From Anaerolineales bacterium (lineage in GTDB: Bacteria > Chloroflexota > Anaerolineae > Anaerolineales > UBA11579): a stretch of DNA of 64,000 bases. The notes under the pieces are model-generated. The model made no database searches. It was not told the origin of the DNA and saw only the letters and a list, made by a program, of their open reading frames with translations. Positions 9,312-17,246 of this stretch are shown piece by piece (within the stretch, counting starts at the first letter, position 1; the number at the start of each line of letters is the position of its first letter). Both the position numbers and the translations under genes were made by a program. The stretch lies in assembly GCA_035446285.1 (NCBI GenBank), contig DAOMSJ010000002.1, forward strand, positions 182,592-246,591, in the 5' to 3' direction.

Positions 9312-10099
9312 TGGCGCGTATCTACACACTGGTCAATCAAAAAGGTGGCGTGGGCAAAACCACCACCAGCATCAACCTCGGCGCGTATTTAGCACACTTT
9401 GGACAGCGCGTGCTGCTGGTGGACCTAGACCCGCAAGCCAACGCTACATCTTGCCTGGGTATTGACAAGACCACTGTGAAGAGCGGTACCTACGAAGCCA
9501 TCATGGGCTTGCGCAGCGCCGCCGAGAGCATCCTGGTAAGCCCGGAGCTCAAGCTCTCGCTGCTGCCCGCCTCGCCGGCGCTGGCCGGCGCCGAGGTCGA
9601 ACTGGTCAATGAGCTGGCCCGCGAGAACCGCTTGCGCGAAGCGCTGGCGCCCCTCAAAGACAAGTACGACTATATCTTGATTGACTGCCCGCCGTCCTTG
9701 GGCCTGCTAACCCTCAACGGAATGGTGGCGGCGCAAGACGGCATCATCATCCCCGTGCAATGCGAATACCTGGCCCTGGAAGGCTTGAGCATGCTGCTCA
9801 GCACCATCGAGCGCGTGCGCAAAGCCTTGTTCCCGGGGCTGAAGCTGCGCGGCGTATTGCTCACGATGTATGACAACCGCACGCGCCTCTCAGATGAAGT
9901 GGTCTCGCAAGTGCGCAGCCATTTCAAGAACGAGGCGTTCAAGGCCATCATCCCGCGCAACATTCGCCTGGCCGAGGCGCCCTCGCACGGCCTGCCCATC
10001 ATTGCCTATTTCCCCAACTCGCCGGGCGCCGAGGCGCACCGCGAGCTGGCGCTCGAAGTCTTGGAAGGAGACGGCGTGAACGTTGCCGTGACTGCGTGA
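9311..10099 (+). CDS. parA: Chromosome partitioning ATPase ParA/Soj
   Basis: Has the deviant Walker A NQKGGVGKTTTSINLGAYLA and full-length ParA-like sequence, with parB immediately downstream. Confidence 0.92.
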   Translation: MARIYTLVNQKGGVGKTTTSINLGAYLAHFGQRVLLVDLDPQANATSCLGIDKTTVKSGTYEAIMGLRSAAESILVSPELKLSLLPASPALAGAEVELVNELARENRLREALAPLKDKYDYILIDCPPSLGLLTLNGMVAAQDGIIIPVQCEYLALEGLSMLLSTIERVRKALFPGLKLRGVLLTMYDNRTRLSDEVVSQVRSHFKNEAFKAIIPRNIRLAEAPSHGLPIIAYFPNSPGAEAHRELALEVLEGDGVNVAVTA

Positions 10100-10100
10100 T

Positions 10101-10952
10101 ATGAAGAAATCTCGCTTGGGCCGCGGGCTCGACTCGCTCATTCCGTCTGAAAGCGCCATCAAGCCGAGCGATGTGCAGCAGGTGGCGGTGGACGCCATCA
10201 CGCCCAACCCGCACCAACCGCGCACGCACTTCGCCAAAGAGCAACTGGCCGAGCTGGCCGAATCGATTCGCACCTATGGCGTCATTCAGCCGCTGATCGT
10301 CAAAGAAGCCGGCGGCGGGCGCTACATCCTCATCGCCGGTGAGCGCCGCCTGCAAGCCTCCAAGCTGGCCGGGCTGGCCACCGTGCCGGTGGTCAGCCGT
10401 GAGGCCAGCGACCAGGATCTGGTAGAGCTGGCGCTGGTGGAGAACGTGCAGCGCGAGGACCTCAGCCCGCTGGAAACCGCCGAAGCCTACGAGCACATGC
10501 ACACCGCCTTCAAAATGTCGCATGAGGAGATTGCCCGCCGCGTGGGCAAGAGCCGCGTCGCCATCACCAACACGCTGGGCCTGCTGGAGCTCAGCGAGGC
10601 GGTGAAGAAAGCCCTGCTGAACGACGAGATCAGCGAAGGTCACGCCCGCGCCCTCAAGGCGCTGGAGAGCGCCCAGGCGCAGAGCGCGGCGCTGCGCACG
10701 GTGACCGAGCAGGGCCTGAGCGTGCGCCAGACCGAAGAGCTGGTGCGCAAGCTGCGCGGTGTGAAGCCCAAGAAGGCCAGCAAGGGCGGGCAGAGCGCAG
10801 AGATCCGTGATCTGCAAGACGAGCTGCGCAGCGCGCTGGGCACCAAAGTGAACTTACAACACAGCCGCAAAGGTGGTCGTATCACTGTGTTTTATTATTC
10901 TGACGAAGAGCTGGATAGCTTGGTCACGCGCTTGATGCGCAAGCGCGGGTAA
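10101..10952 (+). CDS. parB: Chromosome partitioning protein ParB/Spo0J
   Basis: Contains the ParB box motifs IQPLIV and GERRLQAS plus an HTH region SHEEIARRVGKSRVAITN. Confidence 0.92.
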   Translation: MKKSRLGRGLDSLIPSESAIKPSDVQQVAVDAITPNPHQPRTHFAKEQLAELAESIRTYGVIQPLIVKEAGGGRYILIAGERRLQASKLAGLATVPVVSREASDQDLVELALVENVQREDLSPLETAEAYEHMHTAFKMSHEEIARRVGKSRVAITNTLGLLELSEAVKKALLNDEISEGHARALKALESAQAQSAALRTVTEQGLSVRQTEELVRKLRGVKPKKASKGGQSAEIRDLQDELRSALGTKVNLQHSRKGGRITVFYYSDEELDSLVTRLMRKRG

Positions 10953-10966
10953 CGCGCACACTTATT

Positions 10967-11242
10967 GTCATTGCGAGCTTTGCAAAAAAAACAGGCTCAG
11001 GATTAGCGCACATAGCTAGCTCAAGAATCATGTAGAAGATGTGTGAGCAAGGATCCTTCGCTGTGGTTGCCTCGGCGTTCAGGTGCTGGCTTGCCTACCC
11101 GCTCACGATGACACGGGTTGATGGCATGGGGGGGGGGCGCGCAGGAATCCGAACACCACATACTTTGTCATTGCTTCGTCGGCCGCACATAGTGCGGCCT
11201 TACACAACAGCCGCATAACTGCGGCTGTTGTCTCGCAATGAC
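10967..11242. repeat. Cluster of mini-repeats (GTCATTGCGAG end, type B copy, GTCATTGC...GCAATGAC element)
   Basis: gtcattgcgag occurs at 10967-10977. A type B copy in reverse orientation lies at 11047-11112 (gcaaggatccttcgctg...cgctcacgatgac). A double-hairpin element flanked by gtcattgc / gcaatgac lies at 11167-11242. A G10 run occupies 11128-11137. Confidence 0.8.
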
Positions 11243-11340
11243 AGCACGCGAGCACCGCCACTCCTGCTTTTCTTCGTGCTCTTTGTGCCTTGGTGGTTTG
11301 CTTTGGCTTTAAGCTAAGCGCTAACAGCTAACCGCTGGTT

Positions 11341-12516
11341 CTAGCGCTGATTGCTCAGGAAGCGCTCGTGTTCAGCCAGCGAGTCACGCGCCATTTCCAA
11401 CACGGCTTGCAAATTGCGCTCAGACTGGTCACGCAAGTGCTGCAGAGTATCCTGTACCTCGCGCAATGAATCTTCTATTGTAGTAATTTGCTCCACTAGT
11501 TTCTCGCGCTGGCGAGTCTCCTCGCGTAGCTGCTCTTCATTGGTGAGGGTGAAGCTGGCCCAGCGCTTCTGCGCATCGGCCTGGAAGGTGGACCATTCCT
11601 GGCGGAAGCGCTGCTCGCCCAGGCGTTGAATCTCGCTTAGCTCATTCACGCGGCGGTTGATCTTCTCGACCAGCTCATCGAAGGAGCGTTGCGCACGCTT
11701 GACGGTCAGATCAGTCGTTTCAAGTTCCTTCAGATGACGCACCAGGGTGTTGGATTGCTGCTCCACCACCTCAAAGCGCTTGCCCCATTCCTTCATGGTG
11801 CGCTTGCGGTCTTCTTCCTGCATGGCGGCCTGCTCAAGGAAGCCTTGCTGCGCCTGCTTGCGCTCTTCCTCTGTCTCGAACATCTCATCGACGCGCTTGT
11901 CCACCTTGCGCTGCCCATCCAGAATGAGCTCGGTGCGCTTGGTTGCGGTATCCAGGCGGCTGATGAGCGCGGCCACCTCGGCGTGCATTTCCGTCAGACG
12001 TTTGATATCCTGTTGGCTGTTCTTCTCGATATTGGTAACGATCTTGGCGCGCTTTTCTTCGCCGCGCTCCACCTCAACCACCACTTCTTGCAGGCGGTCT
12101 ACGTTGCCGCCCAGTGTGAGCAGGGTCTGGCTGTGCTCATTGACGCTCTTGCGCACAGCTTGCAGATCGGCCATCTCCTTACGGAAATCATCCAGCACTT
12201 TGGAGATACCCTTTTGTTCCTGGGCCAGGGATTTGTCCTGGGACTTGCGCTGGCTGGAAAGCTCGTGCAGCTGGTCCTTGATTTCTTTATTGATGGCAGT
12301 CTGTGCATTGAGCCCCGTTTCCAGCTCGGCCACCTGATCGGCCAGGGATTTCACTTTGGCTTTGCTTTCGGCGCGCGAGGTGGTGGTCTTTTGGGAACGC
12401 ACCAGGCTGCGCTCAAGCGTATCCAGGCGCTTCTTAAGCTCTTCGTTCTCGGTTATGGCTTTGCGGCGCTCTGCATCCAGCCACGCCACCTTCTTTTCAA
12501 GCTGCTCTTTTTCCAT
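11341..12516 (-). CDS. Coiled-coil protein (391 aa, almost entirely heptad-like E/K/Q/L-rich)
   Basis: The composition and periodicity are typical of long coiled coils. There is no TM segment or enzymatic motif. It lies 24 nt downstream of the membrane operon. Confidence 0.75.
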   Translation of the reverse strand: MEKEQLEKKVAWLDAERRKAITENEELKKRLDTLERSLVRSQKTTTSRAESKAKVKSLADQVAELETGLNAQTAINKEIKDQLHELSSQRKSQDKSLAQEQKGISKVLDDFRKEMADLQAVRKSVNEHSQTLLTLGGNVDRLQEVVVEVERGEEKRAKIVTNIEKNSQQDIKRLTEMHAEVAALISRLDTATKRTELILDGQRKVDKRVDEMFETEEERKQAQQGFLEQAAMQEEDRKRTMKEWGKRFEVVEQQSNTLVRHLKELETTDLTVKRAQRSFDELVEKINRRVNELSEIQRLGEQRFRQEWSTFQADAQKRWASFTLTNEEQLREETRQREKLVEQITTIEDSLREVQDTLQHLRDQSERNLQAVLEMARDSLAEHERFLSNQR

Positions 12517-12540
12517 AGAGGTTGATTATAGCGAAAAGTG

Positions 12541-13977
12541 CTATTGGAATACTTGAGGGAACATGAGTACCAGGCGCTGTACTGGCGCCAGGAAGGAGGG
12601 CAGCAGCCCGTAGCCCAGCAGGGTGACCAGCCAGATGAGAGAAAACACCCACACATACGGGTTGGCCATATCCGGGCGCTGACTGAACGGCAGGCGTTCC
12701 ACGGGGCCAACCGGAGCGCGTGGCTCTGGCGCGGCCGTGAGCCAGGCGTGCAACAGGCGCAAGCCGCCGGCCAATAGCCCCAGGCTGCCCAAGAATGAAA
12801 GGATAAGTAGGCCCACAGATTGCTGCCCCACCCCATGCCAAATGGCGAGATGGGCGGCGAAGGGGCCGAGCAGCGGCAGGCCAGCCAGGGCTACCAAGGC
12901 GGCCACGGCAGTGAGCGCCAGCAAGGGGTGGCGGCGCAGGGCTGGGCCCAGCTCTTCCAACTGTAAGCTGGGCGTGTGGCGGTGCAACACGGCCAGGCTG
13001 GCGGCCAGCGCCCACAGCACCCAGGCCTGCGGCAGCAAAAGGGCAAAGAAGGTTTGCAAACCCACAGCGCCACCGAGGCCAATCGCCTGCAGCAGGCCAC
13101 CGGTAGCCAGCATACCGGCGAAGGCCATCATGCGGCCAAGATGGCGCTGCTGTGAGGCCCACACGCCGCCAAGGAATACACCCAGGCTGCCCATGGCGAG
13201 CAACAGCTGGAAAATGGCGGGATTATCGCGCAACCAAACGTAACGCTCCACAAAGCTGAGCAGGAAGATGAGCGCTACGGCGCGTAGGAAGAACGTGAGG
13301 AAGCCGAGCACATACGGCGCGGTTTCCTGCGCCAACATGGGCACCCAGGAATGGAAAGGAAACAACGCCAATAGGAAGCTAAAACCGAGCGCCATCAGCA
13401 AGCCGGCGCGCAACACCAGCTCAAAGTTGCCGGGGTTGCCCTCCACGCCAGTGAGCAGCCAACCGGTGAACAGGATACAGGGCACCGAGAACAGCAAAAA
13501 GATCAGGGCGCGTTGCATGCCGCGGCCGGGCTGTGTGCCAGGCGGTACGAGAAGTGGCACCCACACCAGGAAAGCGGCCGCCAGGAACAGGGCCGCATAC
13601 AAGAAGGGTTGCACGGCCAGCGCGGCCATGAACAGGCCCACGGCGATGAGCGACAAACCAGGAAACAGCTGGCCGGGCCGCGTGAGGAAAGCGCCGAGCA
13701 GCCAAAGGGTTTGGGCGAGATAAATGAAAGTGAGCAGCAAGCGCTGCGTCTCGGCCAGGGTGAAGTTGCGGCCCAGGAAGGTGAGCGTAGGCGCAATCTC
13801 AATAGAAATCGAGCCGAGTTGCAAGACCACATCAATGGGGAACTGCCAGGCGATCCAGGTGAGGATGAAGCTCAGGCCGATGGCGAGATACAGCGGCGTG
13901 TCATCCTTGCGGCGGTAGAGCAGCAAGGCAGCGCCCACGGCGATGGGCAGCAGGATCCACAGGAAGGCCGAGCTCAT
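12541..13977 (-). CDS. Divergent proton-conducting-membrane-transporter (NuoN/MrpD/HyfF-like) subunit
   Basis: 478 aa and polytopic. It carries PF00361-type signatures LFPFHSWVP and LAGLPLLGPFAAH. Its start overlaps the upstream stop (ATGA). Confidence 0.75.
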   Translation of the reverse strand: MSSAFLWILLPIAVGAALLLYRRKDDTPLYLAIGLSFILTWIAWQFPIDVVLQLGSISIEIAPTLTFLGRNFTLAETQRLLLTFIYLAQTLWLLGAFLTRPGQLFPGLSLIAVGLFMAALAVQPFLYAALFLAAAFLVWVPLLVPPGTQPGRGMQRALIFLLFSVPCILFTGWLLTGVEGNPGNFELVLRAGLLMALGFSFLLALFPFHSWVPMLAQETAPYVLGFLTFFLRAVALIFLLSFVERYVWLRDNPAIFQLLLAMGSLGVFLGGVWASQQRHLGRMMAFAGMLATGGLLQAIGLGGAVGLQTFFALLLPQAWVLWALAASLAVLHRHTPSLQLEELGPALRRHPLLALTAVAALVALAGLPLLGPFAAHLAIWHGVGQQSVGLLILSFLGSLGLLAGGLRLLHAWLTAAPEPRAPVGPVERLPFSQRPDMANPYVWVFSLIWLVTLLGYGLLPSFLAPVQRLVLMFPQVFQ

Positions 13978-14564
13978 TCTTCAGTCTCCAGCGTGGGCGC
14001 AGTGAGCAGATAGGCACACACCAGCGCAATGCCCAGGTTCACCGCGGTCAGCAAGCCAGTGACCAGCGTAGAGCCCTCCACCACGGCGTAAAGAATTTCA
14101 AATCCGCTAAAGAGCGTGAGCAGCCCCAGCGCGGTGCGGAAGAAACCGTTGCGCAAGGCCAACTGCATCAGGCCCATGCCCAGCAGCAGCAAACCACCCC
14201 AGGCTTGGTAGATACCAAAAGCACGCGACCATTCCGTGAGCCGCGGTGCAGCGCCCAGCACCATGAGGATGACCAGGCCCGCCGCCAACAAGCGGAAGAC
14301 ACGGCCGGATGGCACGTTGCCTTCTGGCGTAGTGAGCTGCGGCAGGTTGAGGCGTGTCAGGCCGAGCACCGAAGCGGCAATCCAGCCGGTGACCAACTTA
14401 ACCACGGCCAACTCAGCAGGCCAGGCCTGCAGCAAGAGCACGAAGGCCCACACGTACTGCAAGCCAAGCGCGGCCACCGCCCAACGCCAGTCTTGATTGA
14501 CAAGCACATATAGTGATGTGATGAGTAAGAGAAGCACAGCGAGCGTGCCGACAAAATCTGCCAT
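13974..14564 (-). CDS. Small polytopic membrane protein (about 6 TM, HyfE-like architecture)
   Basis: 196 aa from MADFVGTLAVLLLLITSLYV. The longer track ORF (to 14852) overlaps the upstream gene and is Arg/Ala-rich noise. The chosen ATG overlaps the upstream stop (TGATG). Confidence 0.7.
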   Translation of the reverse strand: MADFVGTLAVLLLLITSLYVLVNQDWRWAVAALGLQYVWAFVLLLQAWPAELAVVKLVTGWIAASVLGLTRLNLPQLTTPEGNVPSGRVFRLLAAGLVILMVLGAAPRLTEWSRAFGIYQAWGGLLLLGMGLMQLALRNGFFRTALGLLTLFSGFEILYAVVEGSTLVTGLLTAVNLGIALVCAYLLTAPTLETEE

Positions 14565-16090
14565 CAGCCCGCCAAGCCTCCTTGCGAGAAAATTGAAATC
14601 AGCAGCGCAATAAATAACAGTGCCCACAGCAAGCCCGCCTCGCCTTCCAGCAGGCTGCTGAGCAGGCGCAGCACGGCGGCCAGCGCGGCGGAGAGGCCAG
14701 CGGCGATCTGACGCGGTGCGGGCAGGCGCCACTGCGGCAAGCGCATACGCTGGCGGAAATGCGGGGGCAGCAATTGCCGCCCGCTGCGGCGCAGGTAGAT
14801 GCGCCCAGCCCAGGTCGCCGCCAGCAAAGCCAGCACGACGATCGCCGGCCACCAGGCGGCGCTGTTGCCGCCAAAGGGCAGCGGCAATATCAGGCCAGCG
14901 ATCACAAACATCGCCAGGGGCAGCACGGCGCCGATACTTTCGACGGCCAGGGTCCAGGGTTCATCCGGTGCGGGCGGTTCGCTGGGGGCGCCGGCGCGCT
15001 GCACAATGCCGAGCAGCAGCAAGGCGTGCAAGGGCAGCGCCGCAAACAGCAGCGGGCTGAGTGGTGCGCTATACAAAGCCGAGGTGCCCTGAGCGGCGGT
15101 GAACCACAATCCGCTGAACAGCAGCGCACCCACTAGCATGAACGGGCGGCGCAGCTGAGGGTAATGGCCGATGAGGCGCGCCAGCGTTTCCGCATACAGC
15201 AGCAGCAAACCAAAACCGAGAACGGCGTTGGTGGCCCCGGCGATGGCGGCGGCCAAGGCCAGTGCGACGGTACTGCGCTGCATGTGCTGCAGCGGTGCGT
15301 TGGGAGCCAAGGCGAGGACAGCCCAGCGTAAGGCCGCGGCGAGTAGGAGGACAAGACTGAGGTGCAACGCGATGCCGGAGAAAGGCTGGATAAAACGCAG
15401 CAAGACAAAGCCAGCCGCCAGGGGTGCATAGCGCAGCATTGTGGTGAAGGCTGGCATGGGTTGGCGCGTGCCCACACGCGGGCCAGCCGCCAAGGCCAGG
15501 CGCAGGCCGCCAGCCACGCTGAGCAACAGCGAAGCCAGGCTGGCATACGAAGCGGGTGTAGCCCAGGCGGCCAGCACCAGCAGCACGCTGCCCAAAGACA
15601 GCGCAAATTGCTCCAGCAGCACCGCGCGCCCCTCGTCTGGGGCAAAGGCGCTGTGCTGCGCAAAGATCATGATGTCCAGCAGCAGCAGCGTGAGCGCCAC
15701 GGCCAGCAGGTCAGCGGCGGCCACTGCCAGCAGGCCTGCGGCGGCCAGCGCCAGCGAGGGCATCCAGATCGGCCAGCTTACGTCAGAGGCGCGGCGCACG
15801 CTGCGCAGCAAGCTGGCCAACAGAAGGATGAGCAGAGTGAATGACAGCGACCAGGAGAATCCGTCGAGGCCGAAGCTCAGCGGGAATTGCAAACCATCGC
15901 TGAGCACCCAACCCGGAAAGTGAGCCGCCTGCGGCAAACTGAAACGCAAGCCGAGCGTGAGCAATGCCGCCAACAGGGCGCCGGCGGTGGCTACGAACCA
16001 GTACGATTTGAACGCCGGGCGCCAGCGCTGCAAGGCGACCAGGGCCAGCAGGGTGATGACCAGCAGCAGGCTGGGCAGCAAGACCCACAT
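14564..16090 (-). CDS. Large polytopic membrane protein, highly degenerate antiporter-like (NuoL/M/HyfD-like) subunit
   Basis: 508 aa with about 14 hydrophobic segments. The N-terminal stretch LSFGLDGFSWSLSFTLLILL resembles the first conserved block of NuoL/M/N-type subunits. Its start overlaps the upstream stop (TGATG). Confidence 0.65.
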   Translation of the reverse strand: MWVLLPSLLLVITLLALVALQRWRPAFKSYWFVATAGALLAALLTLGLRFSLPQAAHFPGWVLSDGLQFPLSFGLDGFSWSLSFTLLILLLASLLRSVRRASDVSWPIWMPSLALAAAGLLAVAAADLLAVALTLLLLDIMIFAQHSAFAPDEGRAVLLEQFALSLGSVLLVLAAWATPASYASLASLLLSVAGGLRLALAAGPRVGTRQPMPAFTTMLRYAPLAAGFVLLRFIQPFSGIALHLSLVLLLAAALRWAVLALAPNAPLQHMQRSTVALALAAAIAGATNAVLGFGLLLLYAETLARLIGHYPQLRRPFMLVGALLFSGLWFTAAQGTSALYSAPLSPLLFAALPLHALLLLGIVQRAGAPSEPPAPDEPWTLAVESIGAVLPLAMFVIAGLILPLPFGGNSAAWWPAIVVLALLAATWAGRIYLRRSGRQLLPPHFRQRMRLPQWRLPAPRQIAAGLSAALAAVLRLLSSLLEGEAGLLWALLFIALLISIFSQGGLAG

Positions 16091-16674
16091 CAGGCATCGC
16101 CTCCGCCGGAGCCGAAGAACATCTCGCCGCTCTCCCGGATGGCGAAGAGGGCCAACAGGTCAAGATCCACGGGCAGGGCTGGCGTGGTGCGTGTGTCGTA
16201 GCCCTGCTCGGTGACGGCCTTCTCGCGAATCGAGCGGTACAGCTCGCCGCGCTGCTCTGAGGGCACCTGCAAATCCGCAATGGTTTCGGCGCCCAGCAGC
16301 AAATCACCCGTGGTGTAAAAGAAGGTGATGCGCTTCCATTCGCCAGCGGGCAAAGGGCGCGGCAGGCTGTAGAGGCTGCCGATCTGTATTTTGAAGTATT
16401 CGTTCATCCCGCGCGGATGGTCGGGCTCGTCTTTGAACAAATCCTTACGCAGCACCATTTCGTAGCCGTTGAGCGGCGCGGTGTATTCGATGCACCATTT
16501 ACGGCTGCCAAAGCTGGCGGGCTGGTAGAAGGCCAGATGGTCGGCGGCGATGATCTGCGGGCCGCTGACGAGCGGGATGCGATACCAGCCGAGGGTGCGA
16601 GCGATGTCGAGATCGCGCGGGTTGGGCAGGATGCAGACGAGGATGAGATCGTTGGGTAATGGGCGTTGAGGCAT
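16090..16674 (-). CDS. Hypothetical cytosolic protein (194 aa), first gene of the membrane operon
   Basis: No TM segment and no family recognised. It has clean codon usage and an acidic C-terminal tail. Confidence 0.7.
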   Translation of the reverse strand: MPQRPLPNDLILVCILPNPRDLDIARTLGWYRIPLVSGPQIIAADHLAFYQPASFGSRKWCIEYTAPLNGYEMVLRKDLFKDEPDHPRGMNEYFKIQIGSLYSLPRPLPAGEWKRITFFYTTGDLLLGAETIADLQVPSEQRGELYRSIREKAVTEQGYDTRTTPALPVDLDLLALFAIRESGEMFFGSGGGDA

Positions 16675-16731
16675 ACGCGATTGGGTGGCTGTATTGTAGC
16701 CGCCTGTTGAGGGTGGTTTTGCCCCGCCTGT

Positions 16732-16856
16732 GTCATTCCGGGTGTTAGCCGAAGGCTAGGAATCCATAGGGCAATACAGGAGTAGCTGGTTTGTTGATGG
16801 CCTAAAGGATTCTTCCGCAGAAATGCACTGCGGCTGCACTGCTCGTTCGGAATGAC
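16732..16856. repeat. Palindromic mini-repeat type A
   Basis: Reads gtcattccgggtgttagccgaaggctaggaatcc ... ggattcttccgcag...ctcgttcggaatgac. It is related to the copy at 4500-4616. Confidence 0.85.
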
Positions 16857-16918
16857 AAGAGTTTATGGTGTGGCCGCAGGGATCCCTCGCTGCGCTCGGG
16901 ATACAAGTACTAAGCACA

Positions 16919-16958
16919 GATTGCTTCGTGCGCAGGCAAGCCTGCGCCTCGCAATGAC
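16919..16958. repeat. 40-bp mini-repeat type C (GATTGCTTCGTGCGCAGGCAAGCCTGCGCCTCGCAATGAC)
   Basis: Identical to the copy at 17207-17246. The copy at 37610-37650 has a 1-nt insertion and the copy at 41066-41105 has 1 mismatch. Confidence 0.95.
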
Positions 16959-16968
16959 AAAACTCCGT

Positions 16969-17034
16969 GTCATTCCGAGCGGTTAGGCAGTACTGCACCA
17001 GACCGCCGAACCCGCATCAGCGAGGAATCCTTGC
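16969..17034. repeat. Mini-repeat type B (GTCATYCYGAGCGG...ACCAGACCGCCGAA...CAGCGARGRATCCTTRC)
   Basis: Aligns with 60450-60515 and, in reverse orientation, with 11047-11112. Confidence 0.85.
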
Positions 17035-17095
17035 TGGCACTTCTTCCAGGTAGCTGCTGTTTTCAGATAAGCGGAACGTTGCACCAGAACTTAAC

Positions 17096-17155
17096 GGATT
17101 CTTCCGCAGGAATGCACTGCGACTCCTCGCGGCTACGCCGCTCGTTCGGAATGAC
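17096..17155. repeat. Mini-repeat type A, right half only
   Basis: The sequence is ggattcttccgcaggaatgcactgcgactcctcgcggctacgccgctcgttcggaatgac. Confidence 0.8.
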
Positions 17156-17206
17156 AGGAATTAAGCATGTGGCCGCAGGAATCCCTCGTTGCACTCGGGA
17201 TACACA

Positions 17207-17246
17207 GATTGCTTCGTGCGCAGGCAAGCCTGCGCCTCGCAATGAC
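17207..17246. repeat. 40-bp mini-repeat type C
   Basis: Identical to 16919-16958. The roughly 40 bp upstream (ggccgcaggaatccctcg...) is also shared with 16871-16918. Confidence 0.95.

Noticed and set aside
9311-11340. Search for a parS site (TGTTNCACGTGAAACA) near parAB.
   Set aside because: The only CACGTG cores seen (e.g. 27743-27748 and 18846-18851) lack the flanking GTTTC/GAAAC arms. No parS call was made.
13974-14852. The 292-aa track ORF version of the small membrane protein.
   Set aside because: The first 96 codons overlap the 3' end of the upstream 508-aa gene in another frame and translate to Arg/Ala/Pro-rich noise. The internal ATG at 14564 overlaps the upstream stop and begins the hydrophobic protein.
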